A DNA stretch of 64,000 nucleotides from positions 2,651-66,650 of the forward strand of contig CAMATZ010000034.1 of the NCBI GenBank assembly GCA_945861275.1. The letters are read 5' to 3'. Both the position numbers and the translations under genes were made by a program. Source of the stretch: Bordetella parapertussis. GTDB taxonomy: Bacteria; Pseudomonadota; Gammaproteobacteria; Burkholderiales; SG8-41. Under the pieces are notes generated by a model. The model searched no databases. It had not been told where the DNA came from and saw only the letters and a list, made by a program, of their open reading frames with translations. Below are positions 17,991 through 28,119 of this stretch, piece by piece (the stretch's first letter is position 1; the number at the start of each line of letters is the position of its first letter).

Positions 17991-18869
17991 ATGTCGATAC
18001 TGATAGATAAAAATACGCGCGTCCTGACCCAGGGCATTACCGGCAAGACCGGCCAGTTTCACACTAAAACCGGCAAAGAGTACGCCAACGGCAAGGCCTG
18101 TTATGTCGCGGGTGTGACGCCGAAAAAGGGCGGTCAATCCTACGAAGGCATACCGATATTCGAGACGGTGAAGGAAGCCAAGGCTGCCACCGGCGCCAAC
18201 GTGTCGGTGATTTATGTGCCGCCACCTTTTGCCGCTGCTGCCATCGACGAGGCGATCGAGGCCGATCTCGATCTGGTCATCTGCATCACTGACGGTATTC
18301 CGGTGCGCGACATGATCCGCACCAAATATAAAATGCAGGGCAAGCGCACGCTGCTGATCGGGCCCAACTGCCCCGGTGTGATTACACCCGACCAAATCAA
18401 AATCGGCATCATGCCCGGCCACATTCATAAGCACGGCCCGATTGGCGTGTTGTCGCGTTCCGGTACCCTGACCTACGAAGCCGTTGGCCAGTTGATGGAA
18501 GTGGGCCTGGGCCAATCGTCGTGCGTCGGAATCGGCGGCGACCCGGTGAACGGCCTGAAGCACATCGACGTGATGAAAATGTTCAACGACGATCCACTGA
18601 CAGAAGCCGTAGTGATGGTCGGCGAGATCGGCGGTTCCGACGAGGAAGAATGCGCGCGCTGGGTCAAAGCCCATATGAAAAAGCCGGTGGTCGGTTTTAT
18701 CGCCGGCCTTACCGCGCCGCCGGGCAAGCGCATGGGCCACGCCGGCGCGATCATATCTGGGGGTAAGGGCACCGCTGAAGAGAAATTGCGGGTGATGGAG
18801 GAATGCGGCATCAAGGTCACGCGCAACCCGGCGGATATGGGTAAATTGATGAAATCGATTTTGAAATAG
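17991..18869 (+). CDS. sucD: Succinate-CoA ligase alpha subunit
   Basis: [24 protein letters not shown]...SRSGTLTYE...GIGGDP...MGHAGAII (catalytic His loop). Confidence 0.9.
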   Translation: MSILIDKNTRVLTQGITGKTGQFHTKTGKEYANGKACYVAGVTPKKGGQSYEGIPIFETVKEAKAATGANVSVIYVPPPFAAAAIDEAIEADLDLVICITDGIPVRDMIRTKYKMQGKRTLLIGPNCPGVITPDQIKIGIMPGHIHKHGPIGVLSRSGTLTYEAVGQLMEVGLGQSSCVGIGGDPVNGLKHIDVMKMFNDDPLTEAVVMVGEIGGSDEEECARWVKAHMKKPVVGFIAGLTAPPGKRMGHAGAIISGGKGTAEEKLRVMEECGIKVTRNPADMGKLMKSILK

Positions 18870-18901
18870 GTACAGCAGAAACACAAAGGGTGGCCTTTGG
18901 G

Positions 18902-19040
18902 TTCCCTCCCCTTCAAGGGCAAGGGCACACTTGAAACGGAGTAGAGGGGTAGGGTGGGGATGGGGTGTAGTGATCAACCCCCACCCCCATCCCAACCTTC
19001 TGTTTCGCTACAAGTGTTCCCTTGCCCCTGAAGGGGAAGG
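18902..19040. repeat. Two ~65-bp G/C-tract elements in inverted orientation
   Basis: The left copy is TTCCCTCCCCTTCAAGGGCAAGGGCACACTTG...GGGTGGGGATGGGGTG. The reverse complement of the right copy is CCTTCCCCTTCAGGGGCAAGGGAACACTTG...GGGATGGGGGTGGGGG. Confidence 0.6.
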
Positions 19041-19166
19041 AGTTTGTGGTCGGCAACAGCGGTACCCCTCCCCGGCATGGCGGGAACACGGCGCGTTCAA
19101 CGGACGCCGCTGCGCCTTGACCCGGAGCGCTGATCGTTCACAGTTGACGGGCATGGAGGGTGTGCG

Positions 19167-20855
19167 TTGGAACAAGGCAAGCTCAATACAGGGCGCGGGG
19201 AACGTGGTGCACGTCGCGGCAGACCGAAAGGGCGCGCGGTTGAAGCGGACGCGTTGGCGCAAGTGCAGGCGTTGCTGGGTGATGAACCGCGCCGCCGCGA
19301 TCTGCTGATCGAACATCTGCACAAGCTTCAGGACAGGTTCGGACATATTTCCGCTGCGCACATCGCCGCACTCGCGCGCGAGATGAAACTCGCGATGACC
19401 GAAGTATTCGAGGTGGCGAGCTTTTATCATCATTTTGACATCGTTAAAGAAGGTGACACGCCGCCGCCCGCGCTGACCGTGCGCGTGTGCGACTCATTGT
19501 CTTGCGAACTGGGCGGTGCGAATCCGCTGATCACTGAACTCAAACGCGCCCTCGGTGACGGCGTGCGCGTGATTCCCGCGCCGTGTGTCGGGCGTTGTGA
19601 ACAGGCGCCGGTGGTCATTGTGGGCCAGAATCCGGTGGCGAATGCAACGGTTGCCAGTGTGAAAGCGCTTGCCGTGGCGAACAAGTCCCGGTGCGCCTTG
19701 GGCAAGTATATCGGCTACGCGGCTTACCGCAAAAAAGGCGGCTATGCGCTTGCCGCCGAGTGTCTGGCCGGCAAACGCGACGCCGATGATCTGATCAAAG
19801 TGATGGAGCATTCCGGACTGCGTGGGTTGGGCGGCGCGGGATTTCCGGCGGGGCGCAAGTGGCGCATCGTGCGCGGCGAAAAAGGGCCGCGGGTAATGGC
19901 GGTGAATATCGACGAGGGCGAACCGGGCACCTTCAAGGATCGCTATTACCTTGAACGCGATCCACATCGTTTTCTCGAAGGCATGATTGTCGCTGCGTGG
20001 ACGGTGCAGATCTCCGAGGTTTACATTTACCTGCGCGACGAATATGCCGGGGTGCGCGCGATACTTGAAAAAGAAATCCAGTTGCTGCAAAAAAATCCGC
20101 CGTGCCCCTTGCCGCCGATATTTCTGCGGCGCGGTGCGGGCGCCTACATCTGCGGCGAAGAATCAGCGATGATCGAATCCATCGAAGGCAAGCGTGGCAT
20201 GCCGCGGCTGCGTCCGCCGTATGTGGCGCAGGTGGGCTTGTTCGGCTATCCGACGCTGGAGCACAACATGGAAACGCTCTACTGGGTGCGTGAAATCGTC
20301 GGAAAAGGGGCGGACTGGTTTGCCGCGCACGGGCGCAACGGGCGCAAGGGCCTGCGCTCGTTTTCGGTCTCAGGCCGCGTGCAAAAGCCGGGTGTGCATG
20401 TGGCGCCCGCAGGCATTACGGTGAATGAACTCATCGCCGTATACTGCGGCGGCATGCTGCCGGGACATGCGTTCTACGCCTATCTGCCGGGCGGCGCATC
20501 GGGCGGCATACTGCCGGAGGCGATGGGTGATATTCCACTCGATTTTGATACGCTCAATCAATACGGCTGTTTTATCGGTTCGGCGGCGGTAATCATATTG
20601 TCGGACCACGACAAAGCCAGCGCCGCCGCGCGCAACATCATGAAGTTTTTCGCCGAAGAATCCTGCGGACAATGCACGCCGTGCCGTGTAGGAACGGCCA
20701 AGGCGTTAAACCTGATGGAAAAACCCAGCTGGGATCAAGGCTTGCTGGAAGAACTGTCGGGCGCCATGGCCGATGCGTCGATCTGCGGCCTGGGCCAGGC
20801 AGCGCCGAATCCGATACGCAGTGTGATGAAGTATTTCCCTAATGAAATCAAGTAA
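19167..20855 (+). CDS. fdsB: NAD-dependent formate dehydrogenase, fused gamma/beta subunit (NuoE-like + NuoF-like)
   Basis: TTG start after GGAGGG. The N-terminal NuoE-like part has CDSLSC...CVGRC. The NuoF-like part has GAGAYICGEESAMIESIEG and ESCGQCTPCRVG. The exact start is uncertain. Confidence 0.8.
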   Translation: MEQGKLNTGRGERGARRGRPKGRAVEADALAQVQALLGDEPRRRDLLIEHLHKLQDRFGHISAAHIAALAREMKLAMTEVFEVASFYHHFDIVKEGDTPPPALTVRVCDSLSCELGGANPLITELKRALGDGVRVIPAPCVGRCEQAPVVIVGQNPVANATVASVKALAVANKSRCALGKYIGYAAYRKKGGYALAAECLAGKRDADDLIKVMEHSGLRGLGGAGFPAGRKWRIVRGEKGPRVMAVNIDEGEPGTFKDRYYLERDPHRFLEGMIVAAWTVQISEVYIYLRDEYAGVRAILEKEIQLLQKNPPCPLPPIFLRRGAGAYICGEESAMIESIEGKRGMPRLRPPYVAQVGLFGYPTLEHNMETLYWVREIVGKGADWFAAHGRNGRKGLRSFSVSGRVQKPGVHVAPAGITVNELIAVYCGGMLPGHAFYAYLPGGASGGILPEAMGDIPLDFDTLNQYGCFIGSAAVIILSDHDKASAAARNIMKFFAEESCGQCTPCRVGTAKALNLMEKPSWDQGLLEELSGAMADASICGLGQAAPNPIRSVMKYFPNEIK

Positions 20856-20944
20856 GGCGTTAGGCGTGAGGCGTGAGGCGAATATAACGAAGCATGGCGA
20901 CCTGTGCGGTTTTGCGCCTCACGCCTCACCTCTCACGCCTCACG
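20856..20944. repeat. Long hairpin whose arms are tandem 7-nt units (GGCGTGA / TCACGCC)
   Basis: The left arm is GGCGTTA GGCGTGA GGCGTGA GGCG (20856..20880). After a 33-nt loop, the right arm is CGCC TCACGCC TCACCTC TCACGCC TCACG (to 20944). It starts directly after the fdsB stop codon. Confidence 0.75.
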
Positions 20945-20960
20945 TCGCCGGAGGCGAACA

Positions 20961-23762
20961 ATGACCGCAATCACCAAAGAAGAACTAAACGCCATGCCAA
21001 TAGAGTTCAAGCTGAACGGCAGGGACGTGGTAAGTGCCGGCGATGAAACCATCATTCAAACCGCGAAGCGTTACGGCGTGGAGATTCCGCATCTTTGCTA
21101 CAAGGAAGGCATGCGCCCCGACGGCAATTGCCGTGCCTGTGTGGTCGAGGTCAAAGGCGAGCGCGTGCTCGCGGCCTCGTGCTGCCGCGCGCCGGCCACG
21201 GGCATGGAAGTCACCACCGACAGCGAACGCGCAGTCAAATCACAAAAGATGGTACTGGAACTGCTGCTCTCCGACATGCCGGAAAAACGCCACACGCTCA
21301 ATTCCGAGCTGGATCAGTGGGCGGACAAACTGCAGGTGGGCAAGCCGCGATTTGCAAAGCGCCATCAGCCGCAGGCCGATCTGTCGCATCACGGCATCGC
21401 GGTCAATCTCGACTCGTGCATCCAGTGCACGCGCTGCGTGCGCGCTTGCCGTGAAGAACAGGTCAACGATGTCATCGGTTACGCGTTTCGCGGCGAGCAT
21501 TCGAAAATTGTGTTCGATATCGACGATGCCATGGGTGAGTCCACCTGTGTCGCGTGCGGCGAGTGCGTGCAGGCGTGCCCGACCGGCGCACTGATGCCCG
21601 CGCGCGAAGCGGGGCTCACGAAGCCGGACAAACAGGTGCACTCGGTGTGCCCGTACTGCGGCGTCGGCTGCCAGCTGACCTACAATATCAAGGACAACAA
21701 AATCATCAGTGTGGATGGGCGCGACGGCCCCTCCAACCACAACCGGCTGTGCGTCAAGGGCCGTTATGGATTTGATTATGTCAGTCATAAACAAAGACTG
21801 ACCAAGCCGTTGATCCGCAAGCCCGGCGTGCCCAAGCACGCCGACTTCACCATGGACCCGGCCAATCCGCTGGAATACTTCCGTGAAGCGTCGTGGGAAG
21901 AAGCGCTGGATCTCGCGGCCGGCAAGCTGAAAGAAATCCGCGACACCAAGGGCAAAACCGCGCTCGCCGGTTTTGGCTCGGCCAAAGGCAGCAACGAAGA
22001 AGCGTATTTGTTCCAGAAGCTGGTGCGCACCGGCTTTGGCAGCAACAACGTTGATCATTGCACGCGGCTGTGCCATGCATCGTCGGTGGCGGCTCTGATG
22101 GAAGGTGTGGCGTCCGGCGCGGTGTCGAACCAGGTGAGCGATGTGGGCGTTGCCGAGGTCATATTCCTGATCGGCGCGAACCCGATTTCCAATCATCCGG
22201 TGGCGGCAACGTGGATCAAAAACGCCGTAAAAAAAGGCGCAAAATTCATTTACGCCGATCCGCGCCGCTCGGAATTATCGCGTCACGCCACCCACTATCT
22301 GCAATTCAAGCCCGACACCGATGTGGCCTTGTTGAACGCCATGATGCATACCATCGTGCATGAAGGACTGGTGAACGAAACGTTCATCGCGGATCGCACC
22401 ATCGGTTACGCGGATCTGAAAAAGAATGTTGAAGGCTACAGCCCGGAAGCCATGGCGCCGCTGTGCGGCATACCGGCCGAGACTATCAAGGAAGTGGCGC
22501 GGCTGTATGCGACCTCAAAGGCCTCGATGATTTTGTGGGGCATGGGCATTTCGCAGCATGTGCACGGCACCGACAATGCGCGTTGCCTGATTGCGCTCAC
22601 GCTGATGACCGGCCAGATCGGCAAACCCGGCTCCGGGCTGCATCCACTGCGCGGACAAAACAACGTGCAGGGCGCCTCCGACTCCGGACTGATACCGATG
22701 GTGTTTCCGGACTATCAGCGCGTGGATAATCCCGAAGCGCACGCACGCTTTGAAAAATTGTGGGGCGCCAAGCTGGATCCGAAGCCGGGGCTGACGGTGG
22801 TCGAAATCATCCACGCCACGCTCGATGGCAACATCAACGGCATGTACATCATGGGTGAGAATCCGGCGATGTCCGACCCTGACGCGCATCACGCGCGCGA
22901 GGCGCTGGCCAAGCTCGACATGCTGGTAGTGCAGGAAATTTTTCTCACCGAAACCTGTTACTACGCCGATGTGATTCTGCCCGCCACCGCGTGGCCGGAA
23001 AAAGACGGCACGGTCACCAACACCGATCGCATGGTGCAGCTCGGTCGGCGTGCGCTTAATGCGCCGGGCGAGGCCAAACCCGATTTGTGGATTATTCAGG
23101 AACTCGCGCGGCGGCTGGGATGCGACTGGAATTACAGCGGCCCGGCTGATGTGTTTAATGAAATGCGCAAAGGCATGAACAGCATCGCCGGCATCACCTA
23201 TGAGCGGCTGGAGCGCGAAAGCTGCGTTACCTATCCTTGCGAGAAGGAAGGTGACCCTGGCCAAGCCATTGTTTTTATTGATAAATTTCCAACGCCCACA
23301 GGGCGCGCGCGATTCGTTCCGGCGGATATCATTCCCGCCAACGAGCGGCCGGATGCGGAATATCCGTTCGTGCTGATCACCGGCAGGCAACTCGAGCATT
23401 GGCACACCGGCGCGATGACGCGTCGCGCAACGGTGCTCGACGCGATCGAACCGGAAGCAACCGCGCTGATCCACCCGCTTGATCTGGATGCACTGGGTGC
23501 GCAGCCGGGCGAGGTGATCAGCGTCGCTTCGCGCCGCGGCATTGTGTCGCTGTACGCGCGCGCCGACGACGGCACGCCGCGTGGCGCGGTATTCATTCCG
23601 TTCTGTTTTTACGAAGCGGCGGCAAATTTGCTGACCAACCCGGCGCTGGATCCGGTAGGCAAGATCCCGGAGTTCAAGTACTGCGCGGTGAAGGTCATGA
23701 AAGGCGGCGAGTTGACGCCGGTGTCAAGCTACGGGGGCGGGCAGGCGATGATCACCGCGTAA
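20961..23762 (+). CDS. fdsA: NAD-dependent formate dehydrogenase alpha subunit (molybdopterin, Cys active site)
   Basis: ATG 20961: MTAITKEELNAMPIEFKLNGRDV.... It has a 2Fe-2S motif and ferredoxin-type motifs (CIQCTRCVRAC, CVACGECVQACP), CPYCGVGCQL, and RLCHASS at the active site. There is no in-frame TGA. Confidence 0.9.
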   Translation: MTAITKEELNAMPIEFKLNGRDVVSAGDETIIQTAKRYGVEIPHLCYKEGMRPDGNCRACVVEVKGERVLAASCCRAPATGMEVTTDSERAVKSQKMVLELLLSDMPEKRHTLNSELDQWADKLQVGKPRFAKRHQPQADLSHHGIAVNLDSCIQCTRCVRACREEQVNDVIGYAFRGEHSKIVFDIDDAMGESTCVACGECVQACPTGALMPAREAGLTKPDKQVHSVCPYCGVGCQLTYNIKDNKIISVDGRDGPSNHNRLCVKGRYGFDYVSHKQRLTKPLIRKPGVPKHADFTMDPANPLEYFREASWEEALDLAAGKLKEIRDTKGKTALAGFGSAKGSNEEAYLFQKLVRTGFGSNNVDHCTRLCHASSVAALMEGVASGAVSNQVSDVGVAEVIFLIGANPISNHPVAATWIKNAVKKGAKFIYADPRRSELSRHATHYLQFKPDTDVALLNAMMHTIVHEGLVNETFIADRTIGYADLKKNVEGYSPEAMAPLCGIPAETIKEVARLYATSKASMILWGMGISQHVHGTDNARCLIALTLMTGQIGKPGSGLHPLRGQNNVQGASDSGLIPMVFPDYQRVDNPEAHARFEKLWGAKLDPKPGLTVVEIIHATLDGNINGMYIMGENPAMSDPDAHHAREALAKLDMLVVQEIFLTETCYYADVILPATAWPEKDGTVTNTDRMVQLGRRALNAPGEAKPDLWIIQELARRLGCDWNYSGPADVFNEMRKGMNSIAGITYERLERESCVTYPCEKEGDPGQAIVFIDKFPTPTGRARFVPADIIPANERPDAEYPFVLITGRQLEHWHTGAMTRRATVLDAIEPEATALIHPLDLDALGAQPGEVISVASRRGIVSLYARADDGTPRGAVFIPFCFYEAAANLLTNPALDPVGKIPEFKYCAVKVMKGGELTPVSSYGGGQAMITA

Positions 23763-23772
23763 GGTCAAAATC

Positions 23773-23882
23773 CACCGCAAAGGCGCAAAGACGCAAAGAA
23801 CCCCCGCAAAGAAAATCTTGATCTTCTTTGCGTTTCCTTTGCGTCTTTGCGCCTTTGCGGTGAAGCTTTTTTGAATTTAATT
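23773..23882 (+). repeat. ~40-bp-stem hairpin built from tandem 8-nt units (NCGCAAAG / CTTTGCGN) followed by T6; probable terminator of fdsA
   Basis: The left arm is CACCGCAAAG GCGCAAAG ACGCAAAG AACCCCCGCAAAGAA. The right arm is TTCTTTGCG TTTCCTTTGCGT CTTTGCGC CTTTGCGGTG. A T-run lies at 23877..23882. Confidence 0.75.
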
Positions 23883-23911
23883 TTTTGAACTTGGTTTCAG
23901 GAGAAGATGCT

Positions 23912-25585
23912 ATGGCGTTGTCCGATATTGAAATTGCACAGGCTGGCAAGATGTTGCGCGTCAACAAAATCGCCGAGAAGCTCGGCATCCCCGACGAGCA
24001 TCTGGTGCCTTACGGCCACTACAAGACCAAGGTGTCGCTTGCCTACGTGGATTCGCTCAAAGCCAAAAAAGACGGCAAGCTGATTCTGGTCACCGCCATG
24101 AGTCCCACACCCGCCGGCGAAGGCAAGACCACCACCACCGTCGGCCTTGGTGATGCGCTCAACCACATCGGCAAAAAAGCGATCATCTGCCTGCGTGAAC
24201 CGTCGCTGGGCCCGGTGTTTGGCGTCAAAGGCGGTGCCGCAGGCGGCGGTTACGCGCAAGTGGTGCCGATGGAAGACATCAATCTGCACTTCACCGGCGA
24301 CTTTGGCGCGATTGGCCTCGCCAACAACCTGCTGTCGGCGATGATCGACAATCACATTTCGCATGGCAATGAACTGGGCATCGATCCGCGCCGTATCACC
24401 TGGAAGCGCGTGATGGACATGAATGACCGCGCGCTGCGCGACATCGTGGTGTCGCTCGGCGGCACGGCCAACGGTTTTCCGCGTGAAGACGGCTTTGACA
24501 TCGTGGTTGCCTCCGAAGTGATGGCGATTTTCTGTCTCGCCACTTCACTCAAGGACTTGAAGAACCGCCTCGGCAATATCGTGTTCGGTTACACGCGCGA
24601 AGGCAAGGCACTGCGTGCCAGTGATCTCAAAGCGCACGGCGCGATGACCGTGCTGCTCAAAGACCAGCTCGCGCCGAACCTGGTGCAAACGCTGGAAAAC
24701 AATCCGGCGTTCATTCACGGCGGTCCGTTCGCCAACATTGCGCACGGCTGCAACACCGTGATCGCGACCCAGACCGCGTTAAAACTCGCGGATTACGTGG
24801 TGACCGAGGCAGGCTTTGGCGCAGACCTCGGCGCGGAAAAATTCCTCGACATCAAATGCCGCAAAGCCGGACTAAAACCGGCGGCGGCGGTGGTCGTTGC
24901 CACGGTGCGAGCGCTCAAGCATCACGGCGGTGTCGCCAGGGATGCGTTGAGCGTGGAAAACGTTGCCGCGCTGGAAAAAGGCATCGTTAATCTGGAGCGT
25001 CACGTCAACAACGTGAAAAACGTCTACAACATTCCGTGCGTAGTGTCGATCAACCGCTTTACCGCCGACACCGAAGCGGAAATGAAGCTGTTGACCGAGC
25101 GCGTCGAAAAACTGGGTGTGAAAGTGGTGGTGGCAAATCACTGGGCTGAGGGTGGCAAGGGCGCGGCAAACCTCGCGCACATCGTGGTGGATTTGTGCGA
25201 AACGAAATCGAGTCCCACGTTTGTATATGAAGACAGCGACACGCTGTGGGACAAGATGAAAAAAATCGCCACCAAGGTGTACGGCGCGGGCGATATCACG
25301 GCGGATTCCAAAGTGCGCAACCGCATCAAGGAATTGCAGGAAGGCGGCTACGGCCACTACCCGGTGTGCGTGGCGAAGACCCAATCCTCATTCTCGACCG
25401 ACGCCAACGTGCGCGGCGCGCCATCGGGTCACAGCGTCAACGTGCGTGAAGTGCGGCTGTCGGCGGGCGCCGAGTTTGTGGTGATGATTTGCGGTGACAT
25501 CATGACCATGCCGGGGCTGCCGAAAGTGCCATCGGCGGAGAAGATCGACCTTACCGACGACGGCAAGGTGGTGGGGCTGTTCTGA
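23912..25585 (+). CDS. fhs: Formate-tetrahydrofolate ligase
   Basis: ATG 23912: [41 protein letters not shown]...[15 protein letters not shown].... Confidence 0.9.
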   Translation: MALSDIEIAQAGKMLRVNKIAEKLGIPDEHLVPYGHYKTKVSLAYVDSLKAKKDGKLILVTAMSPTPAGEGKTTTTVGLGDALNHIGKKAIICLREPSLGPVFGVKGGAAGGGYAQVVPMEDINLHFTGDFGAIGLANNLLSAMIDNHISHGNELGIDPRRITWKRVMDMNDRALRDIVVSLGGTANGFPREDGFDIVVASEVMAIFCLATSLKDLKNRLGNIVFGYTREGKALRASDLKAHGAMTVLLKDQLAPNLVQTLENNPAFIHGGPFANIAHGCNTVIATQTALKLADYVVTEAGFGADLGAEKFLDIKCRKAGLKPAAAVVVATVRALKHHGGVARDALSVENVAALEKGIVNLERHVNNVKNVYNIPCVVSINRFTADTEAEMKLLTERVEKLGVKVVVANHWAEGGKGAANLAHIVVDLCETKSSPTFVYEDSDTLWDKMKKIATKVYGAGDITADSKVRNRIKELQEGGYGHYPVCVAKTQSSFSTDANVRGAPSGHSVNVREVRLSAGAEFVVMICGDIMTMPGLPKVPSAEKIDLTDDGKVVGLF

Positions 25586-25677
25586 TTCAGGCAGTATGAG
25601 ATAGCCGTCGGCATGGTAAGCACAAGTCCTGCGCACATGGCATGCGGTCCGTCATCGCGGACATGAGAGGAGAACGC

Positions 25678-27048
25678 ATGCAACAGATCGGGAATCACGC
25701 GCGTCAGCGCGACAGGTTCGGCATTTCCCTGCGCTACAGCCTTGGGTTCGGATTGCCACTGACTGTTTGGTCGGGCGGTGTGCTGGCGGCAGCTGAGCTG
25801 CCGTCGGTGCTGGGCATACCGGTCGATTTCATCCTGTTTGCGCTTACGCTACTCGGCGTTGCGCTGTTTCACCACCACACACTGCGCGTTGCGCTGGTCG
25901 GGCTTGTCACCATCGTCGGCTACAAGCTGTTGTTTACCGGCTTCAAGACGGGTACTGGTGTCGCAGGCTTCGGCCTGCATATGGCGCACGAATGGGTGAT
26001 CCTGACTAATCTGCTGGGGCTGCTGCTCGGTTTTGCCATACTGTCCAAGCACTTCGAAGAGAGCAAAATTCCGGCGTGGCTGCCAAAGTTCCTGCCCGAC
26101 GACTGGAAGGGCGGCTTCGTGCTGCTGGTGATGATTTTTGTGCTGTCGAGTTTTCTCGACAACATCGCCGCAGCGATGATTGGCGGCACCATCGCGATGA
26201 CGGTGTTTCGCGGCAAGGTGCATATCGGTTATCTGGCGGCGATTGTCGCCGCGTCGAACGGCGGGGGATCAGGCAGCGTGGTGGGCGACACCACCACCAC
26301 GATGATGTGGATCGACGGCGTGAGCCCGGTGGCAGTGCTGACCGCCTACGTGGCGGCGGGTTTGGCGCTGGTGATATTCGGCATACCCGCTGCGTTCCAG
26401 CAACATAAATACTCGCCGATTACGAAAGAGGCCCCGCAGGGCATCGTCATTGATTGGGCGCGCGTGGGCATCGTCGCCTTCATTCTGGCGGCTGCCATCA
26501 TCGCCAACGTGATCGCGAACACGAAATTAGGTCATTTGAGCGACAAGTTTCCGTTCATCGGCGTGGCGGTGTGGATTGCCATTGCTATTGCCACGCCGCT
26601 GCGCAAGCCGGATTGGGGGCTGTTGCCTGAAGCGTTCAAGGGCAGCATTTTTCTGTTGTCGTTGATTCTGTGCGCCTCGCTGATGCCGGTGGAAAAACTG
26701 CCGCTTGCTTCGTGGCAGACCGCTTTCGGTCTAGGTTTCGTATCGGCGGTTTTCGATAACATTCCGCTCACCGCGCTGGCGCTGAAACAGGGCGGTTACG
26801 ATTGGGGCATGCTGGCGTACACGGTGGGATTCGGCGGCTCGATGATCTGGTTCGGCTCGTCAGCGGGCGTGGCGCTGTCGAACATGTTCCCCGAAGCTAG
26901 GTCCGTCGGAAACTGGATCAGACATGGCTGGCATGTGGCGCTGGCGTACGTCATCGGATTTTTCTTCATGTTGATGATCACCGGCTGGCAACCGACTGAG
27001 AAGATCAAAGGCGGCGTGGTCGTGCCTGCAGTTACACAGCCTAAATAG
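25678..27048 (+). CDS. NhaD-like Na+/H+ antiporter (ArsB/NhaD permease superfamily)
   Basis: ATG 25678 after GAGGAG. A polytopic membrane protein with ...[12 protein letters not shown]... and ...[14 protein letters not shown]... repeat motifs. The subfamily assignment is tentative. Confidence 0.6.
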   Translation: MQQIGNHARQRDRFGISLRYSLGFGLPLTVWSGGVLAAAELPSVLGIPVDFILFALTLLGVALFHHHTLRVALVGLVTIVGYKLLFTGFKTGTGVAGFGLHMAHEWVILTNLLGLLLGFAILSKHFEESKIPAWLPKFLPDDWKGGFVLLVMIFVLSSFLDNIAAAMIGGTIAMTVFRGKVHIGYLAAIVAASNGGGSGSVVGDTTTTMMWIDGVSPVAVLTAYVAAGLALVIFGIPAAFQQHKYSPITKEAPQGIVIDWARVGIVAFILAAAIIANVIANTKLGHLSDKFPFIGVAVWIAIAIATPLRKPDWGLLPEAFKGSIFLLSLILCASLMPVEKLPLASWQTAFGLGFVSAVFDNIPLTALALKQGGYDWGMLAYTVGFGGSMIWFGSSAGVALSNMFPEARSVGNWIRHGWHVALAYVIGFFFMLMITGWQPTEKIKGGVVVPAVTQPK

Positions 27049-27080
27049 ATTTTGTATTGACAAGAAAACTACAGACCCAT

Positions 27081-27166
27081 TCATGACCATGCCAGGCTTG
27101 CCCAAGTTGCCTTCGGCGGAGAAGATTGATCTTACCGACGACGGCAAGGTGGCGGGGCTGTTCTAA
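27081..27166 (+). pseudogene. Orphan copy of the last ~27 codons of an fhs gene
   Basis: Encodes [27 protein letters not shown], against the real fhs end [27 protein letters not shown] (25500..25585). Of 11 nucleotide differences, 8 are synonymous and 1 changes the stop codon from TGA to TAA. Confidence 0.8.
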
Positions 27167-27336
27167 TTCGCCATGCTCTCATAAGTATTTGTTATTAAAT
27201 AAAAAAATAGATAACCGCCGCGTGCCGTACGTAGCGGTTGTTGGATACCCGCAGGCCCGTGTATAGTGCGCGGGCTTGTGGAGGAGGAGCCGCGCGCAAG
27301 GTGCGGCGTTGATAGCCAAATGGAGATTCAAAAAAC

Positions 27337-28101
27337 ATGGAAATGTTAAGCGATCCGCTGTTCTGGGCGGCATTAGGCCAGATTACGTTGATCAATATTG
27401 TGCTGTCGGGCGATAACGCCGTGGTGATTGCGCTCGCGGCGCGTTCGTTGCCGGCGCATCAACAAAAGAAGGCTGTTATGTGGGGTGCGGGCGCTGCGGT
27501 GGTGATGCGGATTATCCTGACCATCATCGCAGTCGAGTTGCTGAAATGGCCTTATCTCAAGATCATTGGCGCGATTCTGTTGTTCTGGATCGCGGTCAAA
27601 TTGCTGGTGCCCGAACACGACGACGAAAACATAGAGAGTTCCGACAATTTGATGAAGGCGATCAAAACCATTCTGATTGCTGATTTGGTGATGAGTCTGG
27701 ACAATGTGATCGGTGTTGCAGCAGCGGCCAAGGGCGACGTCACCCTGCTGGTTATCGGATTGGCGATCTCGATCCCGCTGGTGGTTTTTGGCGCAACCAT
27801 GCTGATGAAAGTGATGGAAAAATGGCCGGTCATTATTACTATTGGCGCCGGGTTGCTGGGTTGGGTGGCGGGTGAAATGTTAATGACCGATCCGTTTTGG
27901 ATGGATTGGATCAATGCCCATTTATCGTGGCTGCACGTGCATATCTGGAAACTGGAATTCAGTTGGGTGCAGGTTGCTGGCGCGGCATTCGTTATTCTTT
28001 TCGGCAAATACCTGGCAACAAAAGCCGAAACGCATAGGGAAGTTGAACACAAGACGGTCGATCTCGCCGCGGGCGACCAGCACAACCGACCCGGCAAATA
28101 A
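27337..28101 (+). CDS. TerC-family integral membrane protein
   Basis: ...INIVLSGDNAVVIALAAR... and ...LVMSLDNVIGVAAAA..., the duplicated TerC motifs. Confidence 0.85.
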   Translation: MEMLSDPLFWAALGQITLINIVLSGDNAVVIALAARSLPAHQQKKAVMWGAGAAVVMRIILTIIAVELLKWPYLKIIGAILLFWIAVKLLVPEHDDENIESSDNLMKAIKTILIADLVMSLDNVIGVAAAAKGDVTLLVIGLAISIPLVVFGATMLMKVMEKWPVIITIGAGLLGWVAGEMLMTDPFWMDWINAHLSWLHVHIWKLEFSWVQVAGAAFVILFGKYLATKAETHREVEHKTVDLAAGDQHNRPGK

Positions 28102-28119
28102 CCGGTTGAGGAGAAGAAA

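Noticed and set aside
16706-18869. sucCD could instead be malate thiokinase (mtkAB), given the C1/oxalate context
   Set aside because: Both proteins read like standard betaproteobacterial SucC and SucD along their full length ([10 protein letters not shown]..., [14 protein letters not shown]). Without a phylogeny I cannot exclude it completely, but nothing in the sequence favours Mtk.
20856-20944. Short tandem repeats as a possible CRISPR array (also at 23773..23882 and 49881..49982)
   Set aside because: The units are only 7 to 8 nt, contiguous without spacers, and arranged as inverted arms of a hairpin. No cas genes are present.
20961-23762. Selenocysteine recoding in the formate dehydrogenase alpha subunit
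   Set aside because: The ORF has no in-frame TGA, and the active-site position reads Cys (RLCHASS).
27180-27336. Possible Mn2+ riboswitch in front of the first terC paralog
   Set aside because: The leader folds into three hairpins and contains GGAGGAGGAGCC and GTTGATAGCC, but it lacks the invariant GGGGAGUAG and GAGACC blocks seen in the two aptamers at 29957..30442.
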